Assembly (NCBI RefSeq): GCF_964213995.1
Contig: NW_027590172.1
Location: 806,001-870,000 of the forward strand
Source: Mustelus asterias
Taxonomy: Eukaryota
Length of the DNA stretch: 64,000 nt
Reading direction: 5' to 3'
In this document: positions 11,240 to 26,124 of the stretch, piece after piece
How positions within the stretch are numbered: the stretch's first letter is position 1
Layout: every line of letters starts with the position of its first letter
Position numbers and translations under genes: made by a program
The notes under the pieces: generated by a model
The model's input: only the letters and a program-made list of their open reading frames with translations
Told to the model about the DNA's origin: nothing
Database searches by the model: none

Positions 11240-12515
11240 TGGGAGGGTGGAACAAATAGATAATCTCTGTACAATCAGGCAGAGTCAACATGGTTTTGTG
11301 CAAGGGAAATCACCTTTAATTGATTTATTGGATTTCTTTGAGGAAGTTACAAGCAATGTGGATAAAGTGGAACCTGTGGATGTGGTGTATTTAGATTTCC
11401 AGCAGGCATTTGACACATCAAAGTTTACCACACAAAATAAGAATTCGTAGCATAAGGCATAACATATTAGCATCCCATCCACATCGGTTCTTTGTATTAG
11501 CATGGATAGAGGATTGATTAGCTAATGGGAAACAGAGAGGAGGGAGAAAGGAGTAATTTTTGGGATGGCAAGATGTAGCTTGTGGAGTGCCACAGGGATC
11601 AGTGCTGGGGCCTCAACTATTGACAAACTATTTTCATGACGTGGATGACAGGATCAAAATTTGCTGATAACACAAAGGGTAGGTCGGAAAGTGAGATGTG
11701 AATGACCATAACAAGCCTGCAAAGCGACATAGTGAGTGAGTGGGTAAAAAGTTGGTAGCTGGAACAAGATTTTTGGATAATGTGAACTTGTCCATTTGGA
11801 CAGGAAGGATGGAAAAGCAGTTGATTATTTAAAGAGAGCGATTGCAGGTACAGAGGGATCTGGGTGTCCTGGTACTGTAATCAGGAAACGTTAGTGTGTG
11901 GACACAGCAAATGATTAGAAAGGTAAATGAATTGTTGTTTATTGCAGGGATGTTTTGCTGCATTTGTTCAGGGTATTGGTGAGACCACATCAAGAGTACT
12001 GTGTACAGTTTTGGTCTCCTTACTTCAGAGAGGACTTGTGTGAGAAGTAGTTCGGAGAAGGTTTACTTGACTGATTCCTGGGATGAGGGAGTTATCATAC
12101 GAGGAAAAGTTGGACACGTTTGGCCTGTATCTATTGGGGTTTAGAGGAATGAGAGAGGATCTGATTGAAACATATAAAATTCAGAGGGGACTTGACAAAG
12201 TGGATGTTGATTGTAGAGAGAGGAGAACTAGAGGCAGTTTAAAAATAAGCGGTCTCCCATTTAAGACTGAAATGAGGAGAAACCTTTTCTCTCAGAGGGT
12301 TGTTACAGTGTGGAATTCTCTTCCACAGAGAGTGGTGGAGGCTGGCTCACTGAATATTCTGAAGTCTGAATTTAATAGATTCTTGATTAACAAGAGAGTC
12401 AAAGGGTGTGAGGGGTAAGAAGGAAACTGGAGTTGAAGCTATAATCACATCAGCCAGGATCCTATTGAATAGTGGAGCAGGCTCGAGGGGCCGAGTGGCC
12501 TTCTCCTGCTCCTAA
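11240..12515 (+). mobile_element. Old CR1 LINE inserted in ZNF-2 3' UTR
   Basis: QHGFVQGKS...DVVYLDFQQAFD; FSQRVVTVWNSLP; family 3' UTR resumes at ~12520 with AATAAA at ~12610. Confidence 0.82.
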
Positions 12516-13309
12516 TTCACATGTTCCCATTGTGATAGTTGGAGTTTGTTTCTGCTGATGTTAATTTCCCATAAAACTGAGCTGCAGCTTAATCTACAGA
12601 ATAGAATCAAATAAATCTTGATAATCTGATTGATCAGCCAGAGTCTAACTGAATGACAGAGCAGACTGGAAGGGCTGAACAACCTACTCCAGTTCCTGTG
12701 TAGTTTCTCCCCAGGATTCTCCCACTCTCTAACTCTGCTCCAGTGCTGGTTTCTGATGAAGTCTCTTCTCCCCAGGTCTCCCATCACTTTCCATTCATCA
12801 GCTGGTATCTGAGTCCAAGTGTACCAGGAACAGGAGGAGGTCATTTATCCCTCAAGCCTGTTCTCTCATTCACTGAGGTCATGGCTGATCTGTGACCTAA
12901 CTCCATTTACCCAGATATTGTTTTAATCCTGACTTCCTCAGTCTGTTACAATGAGATTTTTAAAATTACTTTTGTTTACATCAGACCTTCAATGTAGGAG
13001 AGTGTCCCAAGGTGAATCTCAGAAACATCAATTGATAAATCAGACAACTGGCACTGAGGGGATGTTAGGAGGCTGACTGAAGACTTGGTGCAGTGTCAAG
13101 GGTTAATGTTAAATTTGTAAATATTCTACCCAGTGATGTAAGATCAGGTGATAAGAGTTTGCTGAGAGATGGTTGTTTGCTGAGCCTTGTGCTGTACATA
13201 TTTAGAAGAAGGTGCAATAAAAAGTTATATTAACCAATAGCCTTGCCTCCAGCAGTCTCTGTCAATCCTGGCCAATTTCTGTATCCACTTGATCTAAACC
13301 TGTCATAAT

Positions 13310-13560
13310 AGTGTTTACCGCTATCAGATCTTCCCTTAGCCTCCTTCATTCCAGGGAGAACAACTCCAACTTCTCGAACCTGACCTTGGAGTTAAAATCC
13401 TTCATTGCTGGAACCATTCTGGTGAACCTCCGCACCTTCTCAAGGACCATCCCATCCTTCCTAAAGTGTGCTGTCTGGATATGAACACAATATTCCCATT
13501 GTGGTTTAAACAGTGCTTTATAAAGCTTCAGCATAACTTCATTGGCTTTTATTACAATGG
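13310..13560 (-). mobile_element. CR1 fragment
   Basis: MLKLYKALFKPQWEYCV...RRFTRMVP...KLELFSLE. Confidence 0.7.
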
Positions 13561-14136
13561 CTCTATTGGAAACCAATGTATTATGGACCTTTTTAATGTA
13601 CAGTCAGTTTGTAACTTTATTTATTTTGTATTAATCAGTGTTCACGGGTTGTGGGTAACGCTGTGTGTGGAGTCTCTCATGGTGGTAACATGGAATATCG
13701 AGGGTGATATGAAGAACCCAGACCGAGGATATCTGAAGAACTGCATTGTGGGTTCAATGTGCAAAGCATGCTGGTCAATGTAGTCAAGTCGCAGCCTTGC
13801 TGGAATTAGCAATGTCTGCAAAATGAATTAAATTGTGCAGGAAACTGGCCTCATACTGTGAGAAAGATGTGTTTGTTTGAGCTAATGAACTTGTCTGTAG
13901 CAGCTTGGGGATTGATAACGGTGTCAGAGGTAACACAGTGGAGTCAGGCTGGCTCTATTCCTTCAAGTATAACCGTGTAATAGGCCCAGGACATAAGAAC
14001 AAGGGAGAAGACAATGCTGTCATTGAAAACCAATTCAATCGGCTAAAAACAGGTATTACCTTATTTTTTATTCGTTTACAGAGGTCAAAGCCCACAGTCT
14101 GCCCTGAATAATAAAAGGTGGGCCTCACTGGCTAGG

Positions 14137-16450
14137 TCAGCATTTATTGCCCATTTCTAAATGGCCTTGAGAAGGTGGTGTTGAGCTACCTTCTAGAACC
14201 ACAGCATTCCCTGTGATGTACGTACACCCACACTTGTTTGGGAGGAAGCTCCAGGATTTTGACCCAGTGACAGCGAAGGAACAGCGATATATTTTGAAGT
14301 CAAGATGGTGAGTGTTACGATCCCAGTTGATGTTATAATTGGACAGGATGATTCCCGGATGGAACACTGGCTCAAAAGACCGCAACTTTTACTTTCTGTA
14401 GAAAACATAAAGGAACAGAATCACAGGACTGCCAATTGGCTTTTAATAATAAATATTTATTAAACACGAAGAGTTTGACAATAACAAAATACTCCTTGAC
14501 TCTCACTTTCCTTCACAAATGTATACAGATTTCAAGGATAACACAGATTTAAAATTCCTTATGCTATAATGTTCTCAGTAAACACATGGTTCCTTTAAAC
14601 CCACAGGTTAGCTGTGATCAGACAACCCCCACTCTGAAACCAAGTGGCAGATGCAACTCAATCGATCGTCTATGGATTTCTCCTCAAATTTCCCCCCAGA
14701 TGATTGTCACGAGTGTTTCCAAACTCCGCTCTCAAAAAGACACGTGTTAATATCTCCTTCCAAACTAATTTTCTCACTTCCAGGTCTTCCAATTATCCTT
14801 TCAAACAAAGCTTTCTCTCCACTCTTTTAGCAAGAAGCTGCCTCCAGGTTTTCAACTCTCAGAATTTCTTTGCCTTGAATTGCAACATGCTTCCAAAATT
14901 CTACATAAACTCAGATCACCAGTCCCTAACAGAATACAATTGCTTCAAAAACTGGATTTAAGGACATCAAACCTTCCCACTATTTCAGATATGTGGCTTC
15001 TCTGTCACCAACGTCATCAGTTCTTTTCTTCCCAGGTCTGAGTTTAACTTCCATGAATAGTATCCTGTTCCAAAGACTTTTTTACTTAAATATTCCTGAC
15101 ACTTCCCTTCCATTCCCGGGTTTCTCAAACGAACTGTCCTTTAGTTCCTCTGGAGCTTGCTTTCGGACACATTACTCCATTGTATGGCTTTCCTGCTTCT
15201 AGTAGAGCTGAGAGCTGCTCACCCTCTCGTTTCCTTACCCCAACTGCTATAAATTCAACTAAAACTACACTCAAAAAACCTTCTCACCCTAAAGGTGCTG
15301 CTGGTTGCTATACAACGATGCATTATTTCTCCAACTTCATGTTTATTTTTCACGCCATAAACTCTCTCAGCACAACAGGAATACAATTTCAATTGAAACC
15401 TATCCCCCACGCATGCAAATACCTTTGTTCAACATGAATCCAACCAAAGTTCTACTCTTCCTACACAGAAACACTAAATCAAACTTACTTAAATCTATAC
15501 TTTATTTCTAATATTTAACAATAGAAACATAATTCACTTAAAACTACCTCTGTTTTCCTGACATGAGTGACTTAGGAACTTCCAGGTGGTGACACTCTCA
15601 TGGATCTGCTGCTCTTGTCCTTCTAGATGGTAATGTTCCTGGGTCTGTAAGATGCTGCCTAAGGAGTCTTGGTGAGTTCCTGCAGTGCATTTTGTAGATG
15701 GTACACACTGTTGCTCCTGTCCGTCGGTGGTAGAGGGAGTGAATGTTTGTGGTTAGTGTGTTGATCAAGTGGGGCTGCTTTGTCCTGGATGTTTTTGAGC
15801 TTCTTGAGTGTTGTTGGGAGCTGCACTCATTCAGGCAAGTGGAGAGTATTCCATCACATTCCTGACTTGTGTCATGTAGATGGTGGACGGGCTTTGGCTG
15901 GGGGAGTCAGAAAGTGAGTTACTCTCCTCAGGGCTGCCAGTCTCTGACCTGCTCTGGTAGCCACAGTATCTATGAGTTTCTGGTCAATGTAACCCCCCAG
16001 GATGTTGATAATGGAAGGGGGATTCAGTGATGGTAATACCCTTGAATGTCAAGGGGTGATGGTTAAACTCTCTTCTATTGAAGGTGGTCATTGCCTCGGA
16101 CTTATGTGGCATGAATGTTACTTGCCACTTGTCAGCCCAAGCCTGGATATTGTTGTATTTGGACATGGACTGCTTCAGTATCTGAGGAGTCACAAGTGGT
16201 GCTGAACATTGTGTATTCATTGGCGGATATCCCCACTTCTGATATTATGATGGAGGGAAGGTCATTGATGAAGCAGCTGAAGATGGTTGGGCCTCGGACA
16301 CTACCGTGAGAGATCCCTGCATTGATGTCCTGGAGCTGAGATGACTGACCCTCCACAACCACAACCATCTTCCTAATTGCCAGTATAAGTCCAGCCAGCG
16401 GAGAGTTTGCCCCTTGATATCCATTGATTCCAGTTTTGCTAGGGGTCCAT
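14137..16450 (-). mobile_element. CR1-clade LINE (distinct family), split by a solo LTR
   Basis: GSVRGPTIFSCFINDLPSII; WADKWQVTF; same 3' end as copies at 40958-41810 and 53430-53620. Confidence 0.75.
14313..15563 (-). mobile_element. Solo LTR (Gypsy-like)
   Basis: Begins TGTTA, ends TGACA; 4-bp TSD TGAG (14309-14312, 15564-15567); removing it restores the LINE sequence; minus-strand AATAAA at ~14457. Confidence 0.72.
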
Positions 16451-16455
16451 GATCT

Positions 16456-16545
16456 GGGTGGCACAGTGGTTAGACCAGTTGGCTCACAGCCCCAGGGACC
16501 GGGTTCGATTCCGGCCTTGGGTGGCTGTGTCGAGTTGGCACATTC
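16456..16545 (+). mobile_element. tRNA-derived SINE 5' fragment (HE1/V-SINE-like)
   Basis: A box tggcacagtgg, B box ggttcgattcc. Confidence 0.7.
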
Positions 16546-16778
16546 ATCAGCTTTTTTGTTTGCGAATCATTTCAGTGGAAATGTGCTCTCCCAAACTCAA
16601 AGAGCATCAGCCCACTGAAAACAAAGTTGTGAGACCGGCCAGTCCAGCAGAAAGAAACCCTCCAACACTCCCACTTCACCAATTGTCAGAATGAACATAG
16701 TTCAGTCCTGGATGTGATTAACAGCAGCAATAACAGCAGAACCCAACCCCTGTCATCACTTGTGAACTTACTGGTCTC

Positions 16779-17993
16779 TCAGCAGGTGGGATGACTGAGT
16801 GAATCCCTTTGTGAATCCTTGTGAACTCGCTGGTGTGTCTGCAGGTGGGATGACTGAATGAATCCCTTTCCACACTCAGAGCAGATAAACGGCCTCTCTC
16901 CAGTGTGAACTTGCTGGTGACTCTGCAGATAAGACGAAAGAGCGAATCCTTTCCCACACTCAGAGCAGGTGAATGGTCTCTCCCTGGTGTGAACACGTCG
17001 GTGTGCCTGCAGGTGAGCTGAACGAGTGAATCCCTTCCCACACTCAGAGCAGGTGAACGGCCTCTCCCCGGTGTGAACTTGCTGGTGATTCTGCAGGTCG
17101 GATAACTGAATGAATCCCCTGCCACACTCGGAACAGGTGAATGGCCTCTCCCTGGTGTGAACCTCCTGATGTGACACTAGGTGGGATGATTGAATAAAAC
17201 GCCTCCCACACTCGGAGCAGACGAATGGCCTCTCCCTGCTGTGAACCCCCTGGTGTGACATTAGGTGTGACGATTGGATAAAACGTTTCCCACATTCGGG
17301 GCAGCTGAATGGCCTCTCCCTTGTGTGTGTTCCTTTGTGTGTCACTAGGTGTGATAACTGAATAAAATGCTTCCCACACTCGGAGCAGGGGAACGGCCTC
17401 TCCCTCCTGTGGACTCCCTGGTGAGTCACTAGGTGTGATAATTGAATAAAACACTTCCCACACTCAGAGCAGTTGAAAAGCCTCTCCTTAGTGTGGGCTC
17501 GCTGGTGTATCTGCAGGTGAGATGACTGAGTGAAACCCTTTCCACAGTCGGAGCAGGTGAATGGTCGCTCTCCGGTGTGGATTTGTTGGTGATTCAAAAG
17601 TTCAGATGAATGATTGAATTGCTTCCCACACTCAGAGCAGTTGAACGGTTTCTCCCCAGTGTGAATTTGCTGGTGTGTCAGCAGGTGGGATAACTGAGTG
17701 AATCCCTTCCCACACTCAGAGCAGGTGTATGGCCTCTCCCTACTGTGAACTGCTTGGTGATTCCACAGGTCGGCTGCCTGGAGAAAACCCTTCCCACACT
17801 CGGAGCAGATGAAGGGCCTCTCCCCAGTGTGGCTGCATTGATGAATCTTCAGGGCAGATGGGGAGCAGTCTCCTTCCCCACACTTGGAGCAGGGGAACAG
17901 TCTCTCCCCAGTGCGAATATGTTGATGAGTTTGCAGTGCAGACGGGATACGGAATTCCTTACCACAATCCTCATCTTTCCCCGGTTTCTCCAT
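16779..17993 (-). CDS. C2H2 zinc-finger protein, 13 intact fingers + 1 degenerate (ZNF-3); last finger frameshifted
   Basis: MEKPGK... ATG at 17993 in accATGg; junction near 16812 shifts frame; conserved 3' UTR at 16590-16760. Confidence 0.82.
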   Translation of the reverse strand: MEKPGKDEDCGKEFRIPSALQTHQHIRTGERLFPCSKCGEGDCSPSALKIHQCSHTGERPFICSECGKGFLQAADLWNHQAVHSRERPYTCSECGKGFTQLSHLLTHQQIHTGEKPFNCSECGKQFNHSSELLNHQQIHTGERPFTCSDCGKGFTQSSHLQIHQRAHTKERLFNCSECGKCFIQLSHLVTHQGVHRRERPFPCSECGKHFIQLSHLVTHKGTHTRERPFSCPECGKRFIQSSHLMSHQGVHSRERPFVCSECGRRFIQSSHLVSHQEVHTRERPFTCSECGRGFIQLSDLQNHQQVHTGERPFTCSECGKGFTRSAHLQAHRRVHTRERPFTCSECGKGFALSSYLQSHQQVHTGERPFICSECGKGFIQSSHLQTHQRVHKDSQRDSLSHPTC

Positions 17994-19439
17994 GGTGTGG
18001 ATGTCCTTGTGTCTTTCCAGGTTTAACAATCAGTTAAATCCTCATCCACACAGAGAGCATGTGTACTGTCTGTCCCCGCTGTAAATGATGTGATATTTTT
18101 GCAGTCTGTGTCACTGGTCTTTTGAGAGTCAGTGTACTGGACACTCTCACTCAGGTCTGTGTTCCTTGGTGCCTTTCCAGTCACACTGATGTGACAGAAA
18201 AAACAGATAAATATTTCTTCTTCTCGATTCAAAGTCTGACGATATTCAGGTTCTGATAATTTGAGTGACTCTATTAAGCCTTAACATGTTTTGAGATTGC
18301 TGGCAGCAAATCTTCCCCTTATAACTTCCTGTAAAATGAGTTTACAAAAGTCATCACTGTCAGTATCAAACAGAAATTCAGAATAGACAATTCTAGTTTC
18401 TGTGGAACATTTCTTCCTTTCTCGTTCCTCTGGATCTGTACATCTCCATCCCACACCCTATCCCTGTATCCTCACTCTGCTGTATGTATAATACACCCTT
18501 CCAATTCTCCTGAAGGTGTTGATTCATGCTGATCAACAAATCCATGCTCAGTCCTTCTTCTCCAGCACTGAGATATCTTCATGCAGGCTGCTAGTCTAAA
18601 TACCTAAATATACTTAGCGAAGTAAAATGTATGTAACATAGGGGACCAGTTTAATAATTAGAAGTACAGCAAGGCTATGAGATAGAACATTTCAACAGTG
18701 AACGTTCTTGAATATCAATTTTTTGGCTATGAGGGTGGTGCATTTTGATACATTCAATATTTCAAAATGAAATTAGATGGGCAGTCAAAATAGACTGGCA
18801 GGGGAACAGGGATACAGACGGGATGAGGAGCATATCAGCCATGATTGAATGGCGGAGTGGACTCGATGGGCCAAATAGCCTAATTATGCTCCTATATCTT
18901 ATGAACTTAAGGGGGAATGGGACTGACTGGATTGCTCTACAGAGAGTTAGCATGGACTTGAGTTGCTGAATCGACTCTTTGTGTGATACAATAACCCGAT
19001 TACTGAAAATAAACTACTTAGTTACAGTATTAACAAAACTAAAAATAATAAAAAATGAACTTTATTACTGGACCATGCATAATATATCTAATTTGTACCA
19101 TATTACAAGACTGCACACATCTCTGTCCTATATTAATTTACTGCCCCTTAAATTTCAGCTATTTCCTCGGGAAATCATCCCTTTAAATTGTGAACATTAG
19201 GAAAGAGACCATCCTCTTAACCAGACAAATAAATGTGACAAGTTGAGGAAGCAAAGGATGTCAATGTCTTTAAGAGGGAGAGAGATACCTGGGCCAACCT
19301 TTCCAGAGTCTGCAGCTCCCTGAATTCACTTCCTTTCCCTTCAGTTGCTGCAAGTCCCCAATTTAACCCCAGAATGAGAAAAAAAAGGAGAGAAGAAAAC
19401 AAAGTGTTTTACTGACAGATGTTGACGACAGGAGGAGGT

Positions 19440-19860
19440 TTCAGTCCGTCTCAAATGCAATCTGCATTGTCACAAAGCCCGCACTCTGATTGGCTGGAGG
19501 ACCAGTGTCCTTCCGGTCCTCCAATTCCTCCCATTGGTCAATACCCCTCATGAAGACAGTGGTGCAGCGGAAGTGAGTGGGAGACACTTTGACCCCGGGT
19601 CGCTCTCAGTTGTTGGCCAATGGGAAACGCACATGCGCAGCACTTCTCTGGGTTAATCATGCGCAGTCCCACCCGGCGAATAGAGCGATTTCTCCAGCGC
19701 GGGGGATTGTGGGAGCTGCGGCCGCCATTACTCAGCCGGAGCCCAGTCTCCAAACACCTGGGACTGCGATGGATGGGATGGGGAGGAAGCGAAGTGACCC
19801 CATCCGGATATAATGTACATCTGGGTAGTCACTGGAATTGATAGCGACGCCGCCTTAGCA
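19440..19860. promoter_or_regulatory. CpG-rich promoter between ZNF-3 (-) and a + strand ZNF relic
   Basis: ATTGG/CCAAT boxes, ggaggacc..ggtcctcc element, ETS cggaag, catgcgca x2, YY1-like gccgccatt. Confidence 0.72.
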
Positions 19861-20039
19861 AAATTCAGGTGTAAAAATTTAGACACCTGGGTGACATATT
19901 GGGGAGTGGAATCGCTCAATGTGAAACTGAACCCCAGAGTCAGCAGCGTCCTTGGGGGAGAACTGGGGAAAAATAAGGAGGATGGTCAAAAGAATTAGGC
20001 TTACAATTGATAGGGAGGAGGCAGGTGTTTAAAGTTTGA

Positions 20040-20490
20040 AATTTGATTTATTATTGTCACATGTATTAGTAGACAGTGAGAAGTATTGTTTCTTGTACGT
20101 TTTACTGACAAAGAGAAGGAAAGAGGAGAGTGCAGAATGTAGTATTACAGTCATAGCTAGGATATAGAGAAAAATCAAATTAATGTGAGGTAGTTCCACT
20201 CAAAAGTTTGGTGGCCGCAGTGAAGAAGCTGTTCTTGATTTGGTTGTACATGTCCTCAGATCTTTATATCACTTTCCCGATGGAAGAAGGTGGAAGAAAG
20301 AATGTCCAGGGTGCATGGGGTCCTTGATTATGCTGGCTGCTTTTCTAAGACAGTGGGAAATGTAGACAGAGATAGGAGACTGATTTGCATAATGGATTGG
20401 GTCATTCATGACCCTTTGTAGTTTCTTGTGGTCTTGGACAGAGCAGGAGCAATATCAGGTTGTGGTACAGCCAGAAAGAATGCTTTCCAG
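20040..20490 (-). mobile_element. Rex1/Babar-like LINE 3' fragment
   Basis: Homologous to 46700-47200 (SILSGC.., LLPSG.RY, NSFF); tail atttgatttattattgtc. Confidence 0.6.
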
Positions 20491-20529
20491 AAAGGTAGGA
20501 GAATGTTATGTGACAACCAGAATATCAGT

Positions 20530-20760
20530 TTCAAATTTCTATCCTGTGCTTGCATTCATTGCTTTGATAGATGTTTTTATTTACAAGGGATTAGAATGGA
20601 AGGATTTTCAGTCAGAAATATCTTGGTTCATTTGGACACAACTATCATCAGCGATCAAATGTCAGAGGAACACTGATGCCCTGTTCAAAAAGATTTCAAT
20701 CATCAGTGCGAATGGAAAAGTTGTGTAATGCACATTCCCAAGAGAGAGAGATTTCCAGGG
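20530..20760 (+). pseudogene. ZNF relic (acceptor module + decayed leader), truncated by CR1
   Basis: aatttctatcctgtg module, acceptor ~20588, aagatttcaatcatcagtgcgaatggaaaag leader homology. Confidence 0.5.
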
Positions 20761-20764
20761 AAAG

Positions 20765-21460
20765 AGACATAAGAACATATGAACAAATGAACTGGGAGTA
20801 GGCTACTCAGTCCCTCCAACCTGCTCCATAATTCAATGAGATCATGGCTGATCTGATTTTAGCCTCAACCCCACAGTCCTGGCTACTCCTAATAACTTTT
20901 CAGTCCCTCATTAATCAAGAATCTATTTGACTGTGCTTTTAACTTATTCAAAGACAATGCTTCCACTGTCTTTTGAGGAAGAGTTCCAGAGACTCACAGC
21001 CCTCTTTGAGAAAACATTAGTAATCTTGGTCATAGATGAGCAAACTCTTATTTGTAAACATATGCTCCACCCCTGCCAGTTCTAGATTCTCCATTAAAAG
21101 AAAACATTCCCTCCACATCCACCCTGTCAAGACCCTCAGGTTTTGATCTAATCACCTCTTACTCTTCTAAACTCTAGTGGATACAAGCTGACCCTGTCCA
21201 ACATTTCCTCATCAGACAACCTGTCTATTCCTGGTATTAGTCTAGAAAACCTTCTCAAAACTGCTTCCAATATATTTACATCTTTCCTTAAGTAGGGAGA
21301 CCAATACTGTGCACAACACTCCAGATGTGGTCTCACCAATTGTGTGTACAACTGGAGCATAACCTCCTTACTTTTGTAATCATTTCCCCTCACTATGAAC
21401 AATAACATTCTATTAGCTTTCCTAATTACTTGCTGTTCCTGTATATTGGCCTTTTGGGAT
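20765..21460 (-). mobile_element. CR1 LINE 3' part
   Basis: KSKEVMLQLYTQLVRPHLECCAQYWSPYLRKD. Confidence 0.8.
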
Positions 21461-22624
21461 CCGAGGTGATCAAAAAGTTGCTGACACCTTAATCTAGCCT
21501 GTGAAGCAAGTGTGTTCTGTTAGTGTGGTTGGGTACCTGAGAGATTGTTTGGAAGCTTGAATGCACATGGAGACCGAGGCCAGACGAATACAGAAAGAAG
21601 TTGAAATCCTGGCGGTGGATCCTTGGTGAAGGCATCCAACAGAAAGAATTGTATTGGAGAAGATTCCAAAGTGTGATCTTCGAGAGTGTGATATTGGAAA
21701 TGCTCATGTGGAAGACAGAATTTCAGTGAGATCAGTCGGCTCACAGTTTGACAACCATCTGGGGAAATGATGAGAAATCCGGAGAAGTTGTATTCGGTGA
21801 CATCTGTCACTTGGTTTCAGAGTGTGGGGTGTCTGGCCACATTTCACCTATTGGTTTGCATGGACTGTGAACTTACTGAGAATATTTGAGTGTAAGATAA
21901 AGTTTGTAACTTGTGTAATGGTAGAAATCTGTTTATATCTGTCAAGGTATTGCTGGGGTGAAGGAGAGTTAATTCTAGTTAATGTTTTCTTGTTTAATAA
22001 AAGTTTATCAAAAGTCTCTGACTGTTCATCCAGCTATCTAAACAAAATAATAGTGAGGATCTATCAAGCCATCTTCCATCCTGGAATCTGACATTTCCAG
22101 TAGTAACGTCAGCTGATACAATAAGGTACTTTCACCTCTATGACGCAGTTCAGCTCTTTTCTCCATGTTTGAACCAAGGCTGTAATGAGGTCAGGAACTC
22201 AGTGACCCTTGCAGAACCCAAACTGACCATCAGTGAGTAGTTTCTTCTGAAGCAAGTGCCACTTGACAGCAGATATCCCCTTTCATCACTTTACTGATGA
22301 TCAAGGGAGGTTGAATGCACCAATAATTGGCCGGGTAGCATTCGTCCTGCTTTTTGTATACAGGGTGTGCCTGAGCAATTTTCCTCACTGCTGGGTAATC
22401 AGTAATTTATAAAGATTCAGGATAACTCCCTGCTTTGCACTCCATATCTCCATTCATAAACTGAGGACCCCATTAGCTTTTTTAAAAAAACAGCTTTGTC
22501 AACTTGCCTTGTCACAATCAATGAATTTTGATAAAATGCTCTCTCAGAGTTGGTGCAGACTCGATGGGCCAAATGACCTCCTTCTGCACTGCAGGGACTC
22601 TATGATAGAACTGGGCATTGCCAG

Positions 22625-23170
22625 TGTTCATGTGAAAACAAACACGGTGCTTTTGAATGATGCCACATAGTGGCAGGATGTAGATGAGAGATAGGAGGGG
22701 CCTTGGATAGATCCTAGAGGGACTCTGAGTTCAGGGACTTTGGAGAGAAAAGTGATATGAGATGGAGCGGTTGTTGGCGAGAACGTGTGGTCACAGATTG
22801 ATTTTTTAGGATGGGTGATGGTGGTGAATTTGAAGGGAGGAGGGACAGAATTAAAAGAGATTAAAAGAGATTGAGAGCTGCAAACAGTATCAGCTAAAAC
22901 GGAAAGGTGGTTTAGTGGGAATAGGGTCAATACAACAGAAGACAGTATGTGCTCTGCGAGGGCATAAATGAGATATAGGATAGAAACTGGAGAAACATGG
23001 GGTTAGGACTTGGATGAGGAATTTTATAGACAGTCTGGCTCAGTGGGCTAGTGGAAGGAAGGAAAGCAGCAGAGGCAGTTGATCAAACTGTTTCAATCTT
23101 AGTGACAAAGAAGCTCCATGAGCTCCTCAAACTTGTTACTGGAGGTGAGGATGGAAGGAGACAGGGGAGA
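22625..23170 (-). mobile_element. L2-like LINE remnant
   Basis: Degenerate VPLGSIQGP (PQGSILGP) motif and FLSKV..RV motif. Confidence 0.45.
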
Positions 23171-23377
23171 GGGAGAGCCCTTCCAAAGAAATTAACATGA
23201 ATGAGAAATTTAAAAGATTTACCGCACTGTGTGCTTCAGACAAAACTGATTTATTTTCCTTTGATCAACAATATTAACAACTGTAACAGGCCTGGAGTTT
23301 ATTCACATGAACAGAAACAGACTCCACTGAAGATGGTTGTCGTGGATGAGATTAACAGGAAAATCCAATCAATGTAG

Positions 23378-24400
<1,023 letters not shown>

Positions 24401-25592
24401 TCAGTTCCAATAATTTGGGCAACTTTGTCAGATCCCGATATGATGTTTGGTTTCCGGTTTCCCTGTTGCAAAACCACCCCTTCTAAGACCCTGTCACTGT
24501 CAAGTGAATTTAAAACAGAAAAAAAAGTGAGAGAATCCACAAAACACAAAGGCAGGTTGTGAAATTGAGCTGAATAAATATGGCAATTTTTGGGGCTGGC
24601 ACGAGGAAAAAGTGAGCATGGAAACTGCTGGATTGTTAATAACCCAACTGGTTCATTAATAACCTTCAGGGAAGGGAAGCTGACCCCCATCTGAGCCGAG
24701 ACAAGATTATGACCTCTATGAGGGGAGAAGAGGGAGAGAGGATTGGAAGCAGAAGAAGAGAAAGAGAGTGATTTTCTATTTGTACAAATCAACCAGGATT
24801 TTAACAGAATCTCGCAAACCCTCAACCATCATGTCCGAGAAGGAGCAGTTACCAAGTGTATGTGAACACTATCACCTCCGGGTTCTCCTCCAAGGCGCAC
24901 ACAGTTCTGACAGTAAGTAATGGATGAGCAGAAATTTCCTCTACTTCAATATTGGGAAGACTGATGCTACTGTCTTCAGCCCCAGCTACAAACTCCACTC
25001 TTGAGCCACTGACTCCATCCCTCTCCCTGATAACTGTTTGAGTCTGAAGCAGATTGTTCAAACCATTGTGTGATATCTGACCCCAAGACAAGCTCCCAAA
25101 CACATTTTTGCATCATCTTCAAGACTGAATTCCACCTCAGTAACATTTCCTGACTCCACCCCAGACTCAGCTCATCTGCTGCTGAAACACTGACCCATTC
25201 CTTTGTTACCTCTGAGATATCTACACTCCTCTAATTCTGACTTCCTGAGTATTCCTGATTTTATTTACTCCATGTTGTGTGGCCTCGTCTGAAGCTGCCA
25301 AGACCACAAATTCTGGAATTTCCTCCCTAACCCTCACTCTCTTACATTCCTTCATTAAAACACTCCTTAAAACTGACCTCTGCTTCCGGTAGCCCGTGAG
25401 TTTACAAAAGCAATCACCATCAGTCCCAGATAAAAATTCAAACGAGACAATTCTTTTCTCTTGGTATGAGTTTTCTCTGTTAAATCTTCCTCATCTCGCC
25501 CCCTGTAAAAGGAATTTCCAAAATCCAACTCTGTCAGTCCAGGATAGAAATTCGCAACATTCTCTCCTCCTGCTGCCTGGTCCAGGATGTCC

Positions 25593-26123
25593 CCGCCTGG
25601 TGATTGTCGAGCGGTGTTCATTCATCCATTGTCGTAGCGTCTTCCTGGTCTCCCCAATGTATCATGCCTTGGGACATCCTTTCCTGCAGTGTATCAGGTA
25701 GACAGCAGGACGGCCTCAACCGGGATCTTGGGTTCATGGCACACTATCTGTAATCCCCACAACTTGACTGGGCTTGCAGCATCTCACTAACTGTCCTGGC
25801 TGGAGACAATACACATCTCTTGTCCTGGCTGGAGACAATACACATCTCTTTAACCTGTGCTTAACCCTCTCTCCACTCACATTATCTGTACCTTTAAGAC
25901 TTGATTACCTGTAAAGACTCGCATTTCAATCTTTATTTTGTAAATTGAGTTTGTGTCGTTTTATGTCCTGTTTGTGAACAGAACTCCCACTCACCTGATG
26001 AAGGGGCAGCGCTCCGAAAGTTTTAGTGGCTTGTGCTACCAAATAAACCTGTTGGACTTTAACCTGGTGTTGTGAGACCTCTTACTGTGTTTACCCCAGT
26101 CCAACGCCGGCATCTCCACATCT
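25593..26123 (+). mobile_element. Penelope-like element: inverted GIY-YIG fragment + pLTR
   Basis: Minus strand 25595-25703 reads VYLIHCRKGCPKA*YIGETRKTLRQWMNEH; plus strand DGLNRDLGF then pLTR with hammerhead at 25992-26028. Confidence 0.85.
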
Positions 26124-26124
26124 T

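Noticed and set aside
21460-22095. Additional LTR-like segments (also ~13093-13300, ~33770-34000, ~38540-38760)
   Set aside because: LTR-like composition or AATAAA only; paired termini and TSDs could not be established
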